64,000 nucleotides of DNA from Nitrospirota bacterium (GTDB taxonomy: Bacteria; Nitrospirota; UBA9217). Location of the stretch: contig OY760142.1 of the NCBI GenBank assembly GCA_963663225.1, positions 2,624,001-2,688,000 on the forward strand, given 5' to 3'. The notes beneath the pieces are model-generated. The model was not told the origin of the DNA and searched no databases. It was given only the letters and a program-made list of their open reading frames with translations. A program made the position numbers and the translations under genes. Shown one piece after another: positions 61,408 through 64,000 of the stretch. Position 1 is the first letter of the stretch. The number at the start of each line of letters is the position of its first letter.

Positions 61408-62004
61408 ATGAAAGAAGACACTCAACAAAGGCTGCTTGAAGCAACACTCAAACTCATTTCCGAAAAAGGGTACCCGGGTGCTACAACACGGGAAATCGCC
61501 CAGGAAGCCGGAGTGACGGAGCTGACCCTGTTCCGACATTTTGGCTCGAAGGAAAAGCTCTTCGAAGAAGTTCTGAAGAGCTACACGTTTCTGCCTGCTC
61601 TGAAAGAAATGATTCCTGAGCTGGAGGAATTGCCCTGCCACGAAGCTCTCATCCGTATTGCAACAAAGTTTATCCTGACGCTCAGAAAAAGAAAATCCAT
61701 GATCAAAATTATGCACACCGAGATCATCCTTTATCCGGACCAGATTCGGGAAGTGTATACCCGTTTCATTGAGGATCAAAGATCCGTGCTTGCACAATAC
61801 TTCGGCCGGTTGCAGAAAAAAGGAATATTTCGCGGCATATCCTCTGATACGGCAGCACGGATGTTTCTCAGCATTCTGTTTTCCTATTATCGAAATGAAG
61901 AACTCGTCAGTGGTCAGGAGATTACCAGAAATAAAATGGATAAAAGCATCCAGGAGTTTGTCGATATTTTCCTTCATGGCACCCTGAACGCGGAGCAGCT
62001 CTAA
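61408..62004 (+). CDS. TetR/AcrR-family regulator
   Basis: LLEATLKLISEKGY..TTREIAQEAGVTELTLFRHFGSKEKL. Confidence 0.95.
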   Translation: MKEDTQQRLLEATLKLISEKGYPGATTREIAQEAGVTELTLFRHFGSKEKLFEEVLKSYTFLPALKEMIPELEELPCHEALIRIATKFILTLRKRKSMIKIMHTEIILYPDQIREVYTRFIEDQRSVLAQYFGRLQKKGIFRGISSDTAARMFLSILFSYYRNEELVSGQEITRNKMDKSIQEFVDIFLHGTLNAEQL

Positions 62005-62012
62005 GAGTTGAG

Positions 62013-63584
62013 GTGAACAGTATGCAAAAGATGATGAGATTGAAAAAATGGACAGGTATGGTCGCATTGACTGGCCTTTGCGTATTCACTGCGTACCCCG
62101 GCTCTTTCCTCTGCGCAGAAGAAACAACTCCGTTCTCTCAGATCAAGTCGACCGCAACGCCGACAGAACAACCAATGCCATCACCGGTATTGCAGCCATC
62201 AAAGCAACTACAATCAACCCCGACAACGACAGAACCGTCCCGTTCTTCTCAAATTTCTCCAACTGCCGGTCAGACAGCATCCGCACCAACCCCGACAAAC
62301 CAGTTCAAACCGATGCCGTCGCCGGAAAAAAGGGACATCCAAGGACCTCTCAGCGGAGCCCCAATATCCAAAGGAGAAACCTTAACGTTGAGCCGGTGCA
62401 TCGAGATCGCTCAGGGAAAGAATCCGACGATTATTGCCGCGGTAAATACTGTTGATATTAGCCGCAGCAGGGTTGGAGAAGCACGGGCCAATTATTATCC
62501 TCAAGTAAGTGCGTCCGGATCCTATAATAGGATAACTTCCAATCCGGCGCTCTCGGCAAGCGGCATCAGACAGGAATACGATCAGTATTCAGGCAGTGTT
62601 GATGTCAGCCAAACCCTGTTCGATTTCGGCAAAACATGGTCCTCGGTAAAAATCTCCAAGTACAATCTTGATTCATCCCGATCAGACCTCGCTGCCACGC
62701 AGGATACTATAACACTGAACGTTAAACAGGCGTACTATGCTGTTCTTCAGGCCAAGAGAAACAGGGATGTGGCCGCAGACATTATCAAACAATTCGAACT
62801 GCATCTTGAACAGGCAAAAGGGTTTTATGAAGTCGGCACAAAGGCAAAGATCGATGTTATCAAGGCAGAAGTGGATTTAAGCAATGCAAAACTCAGCCTT
62901 ATTAATACCGAAAACACCCTGAAGATAGCGTGGGTAAATTTGAACAATGCCATGGGCGTCCCTGATCCGCCGGAATACTCAATTGAGGATAATCTTCTTT
63001 TTGCCCCGTATGCGATAACGCTGGAAGAAGCAACGGCAAAAGCCTTTGACAACAGGCCTGATCTCAAATCAATCGTATCAAAAAGGCAGGCCGCGGAGGA
63101 GAATATCAGTCTGCAGCGGTCAGGCTACTATCCGGTCTTGTCTGCGAACGCCAGTTATACGTGGGGAGGGTTCGGAGTATTGCCCGATCGCTTCAACAAT
63201 GGCTGGAATGCAGGTGTTGCGGTCAGCGTTCCGTTGTTTTCGGGTTTTTTGACGAACCATCAGGTTGCGGAGGCAAAATCCAATCTGTATGTTTTGCGAG
63301 CAAATGAAGAGTCAATACGGCAGCAGATACTGCTGGATGTGCGGCAGGCTTATCTGAATTTACATGCGGCAGATTCCAGCATCACGACGACCGATCTTGC
63401 CCTGAAACAGGCCAAGGAAAATCTGGACCTGGCCAACGGAAGATATGCAGCGGGTGTAGGAAGCCCTATCGAGGTTTCAGATGCCTTTGCAACCTATATT
63501 ACTGCACAGGCAAATTATACCGGTGCGCTCTATAACTATAAAATTGCTCAGGCAAGTATGGAAAAAGCAATGGGTGCACGGTAA
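62013..63584 (+). CDS. TolC-family outer membrane efflux protein
   Basis: ANYYPQV, QTLFDFG, VKQAYY, YYPVL, VPLFSG, RYAAGVG; Pro/Thr-rich N-terminal linker. Confidence 0.92.
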   Translation: MNSMQKMMRLKKWTGMVALTGLCVFTAYPGSFLCAEETTPFSQIKSTATPTEQPMPSPVLQPSKQLQSTPTTTEPSRSSQISPTAGQTASAPTPTNQFKPMPSPEKRDIQGPLSGAPISKGETLTLSRCIEIAQGKNPTIIAAVNTVDISRSRVGEARANYYPQVSASGSYNRITSNPALSASGIRQEYDQYSGSVDVSQTLFDFGKTWSSVKISKYNLDSSRSDLAATQDTITLNVKQAYYAVLQAKRNRDVAADIIKQFELHLEQAKGFYEVGTKAKIDVIKAEVDLSNAKLSLINTENTLKIAWVNLNNAMGVPDPPEYSIEDNLLFAPYAITLEEATAKAFDNRPDLKSIVSKRQAAEENISLQRSGYYPVLSANASYTWGGFGVLPDRFNNGWNAGVAVSVPLFSGFLTNHQVAEAKSNLYVLRANEESIRQQILLDVRQAYLNLHAADSSITTTDLALKQAKENLDLANGRYAAGVGSPIEVSDAFATYITAQANYTGALYNYKIAQASMEKAMGAR

Positions 63585-63671
63585 TGGCGGATTACTCCTA
63601 GCAGCGCCACCGGGCAGGAAATGAACTGCTTTGCACAGTATTTGAGACGCTAAAAAGAGGCAGGAAAAGAC

Positions 63672-64000
63672 ATGAAATACAGATATTCGAGTGCGATCAT
63701 AACGTTTGCTGCAGTTTTTTCCTTTGTTTTTTATATTACAGGCTGCGGCAACAGCAAGGCAAAACAGACTCCGCAGCGGGTGGTGCCGGTTAAAATCGGA
63801 CAAGTAAGTCTCCAGCAGGTTCCTCTTCAGATCAGGGCCATCGGAAATGTTGAGGCATATAATACTGTTGCAGTAAAAGCCTTGATCGGCGGTGAAGTGA
63901 TCAGCGTTAATTTCAAAGAAGGCCAGGATGTGAAGCAGGGGGCGCTCCTGTTCCAGATTGATCCAAGGCCGTATCAGGCCGCACTCAAACAAGCGGAAGC
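63672..64000 (+). CDS. RND efflux membrane fusion protein (MdtA-like), 5' part
   Basis: Manual translation MKYRYSSAII...ITGC...AIGNVEAYNTVAVKALIGGEVISVNFKEGQDVKQGALLFQIDPRPYQAALKQAEA; truncated by the window edge. Confidence 0.9.
   Translation, partial: MKYRYSSAIITFAAVFSFVFYITGCGNSKAKQTPQRVVPVKIGQVSLQQVPLQIRAIGNVEAYNTVAVKALIGGEVISVNFKEGQDVKQGALLFQIDPRPYQAALKQAE

Noticed and set aside
1-64000. Genome-wide reassignment of TGA (code 4 or 25) as the explanation for the four in-frame TGAs
   Set aside because: Many genes end at TGA at their expected C-termini (2546, 7482, 31230, 32989, 44608, 48340, 52273), and TGG is used freely for Trp.
1-64000. tRNA (including selC), rRNA, IS or prophage elements
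   Set aside because: None recognised by eye. tRNAscan-SE and ISEScan were not run.

Overview
Gene-dense bacterial chromosomal window. Gene content suggests an anaerobe of the Nitrospirota or Deltaproteobacteria type (inference, not a database result). In order it contains: rpsR-ssb-rpsF; an aspartate-family amino-acid operon (alaC-like, hom, thrC-like, ApgM-family putative homoserine kinase, lysC, cimA) interrupted by a sulfur-relay module (TusA, MoeB, JAB protease, ubiquitin-like carrier with a blocked GG, NIL); EF-G2, three M16 peptidases, dut and a protoglobin-PsiE fusion; acs, argDF, a TonB-like protein, a core methionine-synthase-like protein and queF. A roughly 17 kb formate/molybdenum region follows (modABC, FmdE-MoeA-like fusion, fdhE, two complete three-subunit FDH operons, ModE-like regulator, fdhD), then degP, tat, mobB, hemL, orphan atpZ/atpI, a split CbcL-like nonaheme c plus cytochrome b pair facing a c7 triheme cytochrome, livMGF, truA, rpmB and a TetR-TolC-MFP efflux operon. 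Four genes are broken in the ORF track by an in-frame TGA. Two are the expected selenocysteine FDH alpha subunits. One is a periplasmic DsbA-like U-P-H-C selenoprotein coupled to a diheme peroxidase. The fourth is in modB, at a normally Trp position and followed by a SECIS-like hairpin. A TATGTC-N6-GACATA palindrome occurs upstream of modA and both fdh operons, and an identical 18-nt sigma54-type promoter occurs upstream of modA and fdh2. No rRNA, tRNA, CRISPR or transposase was recognised.
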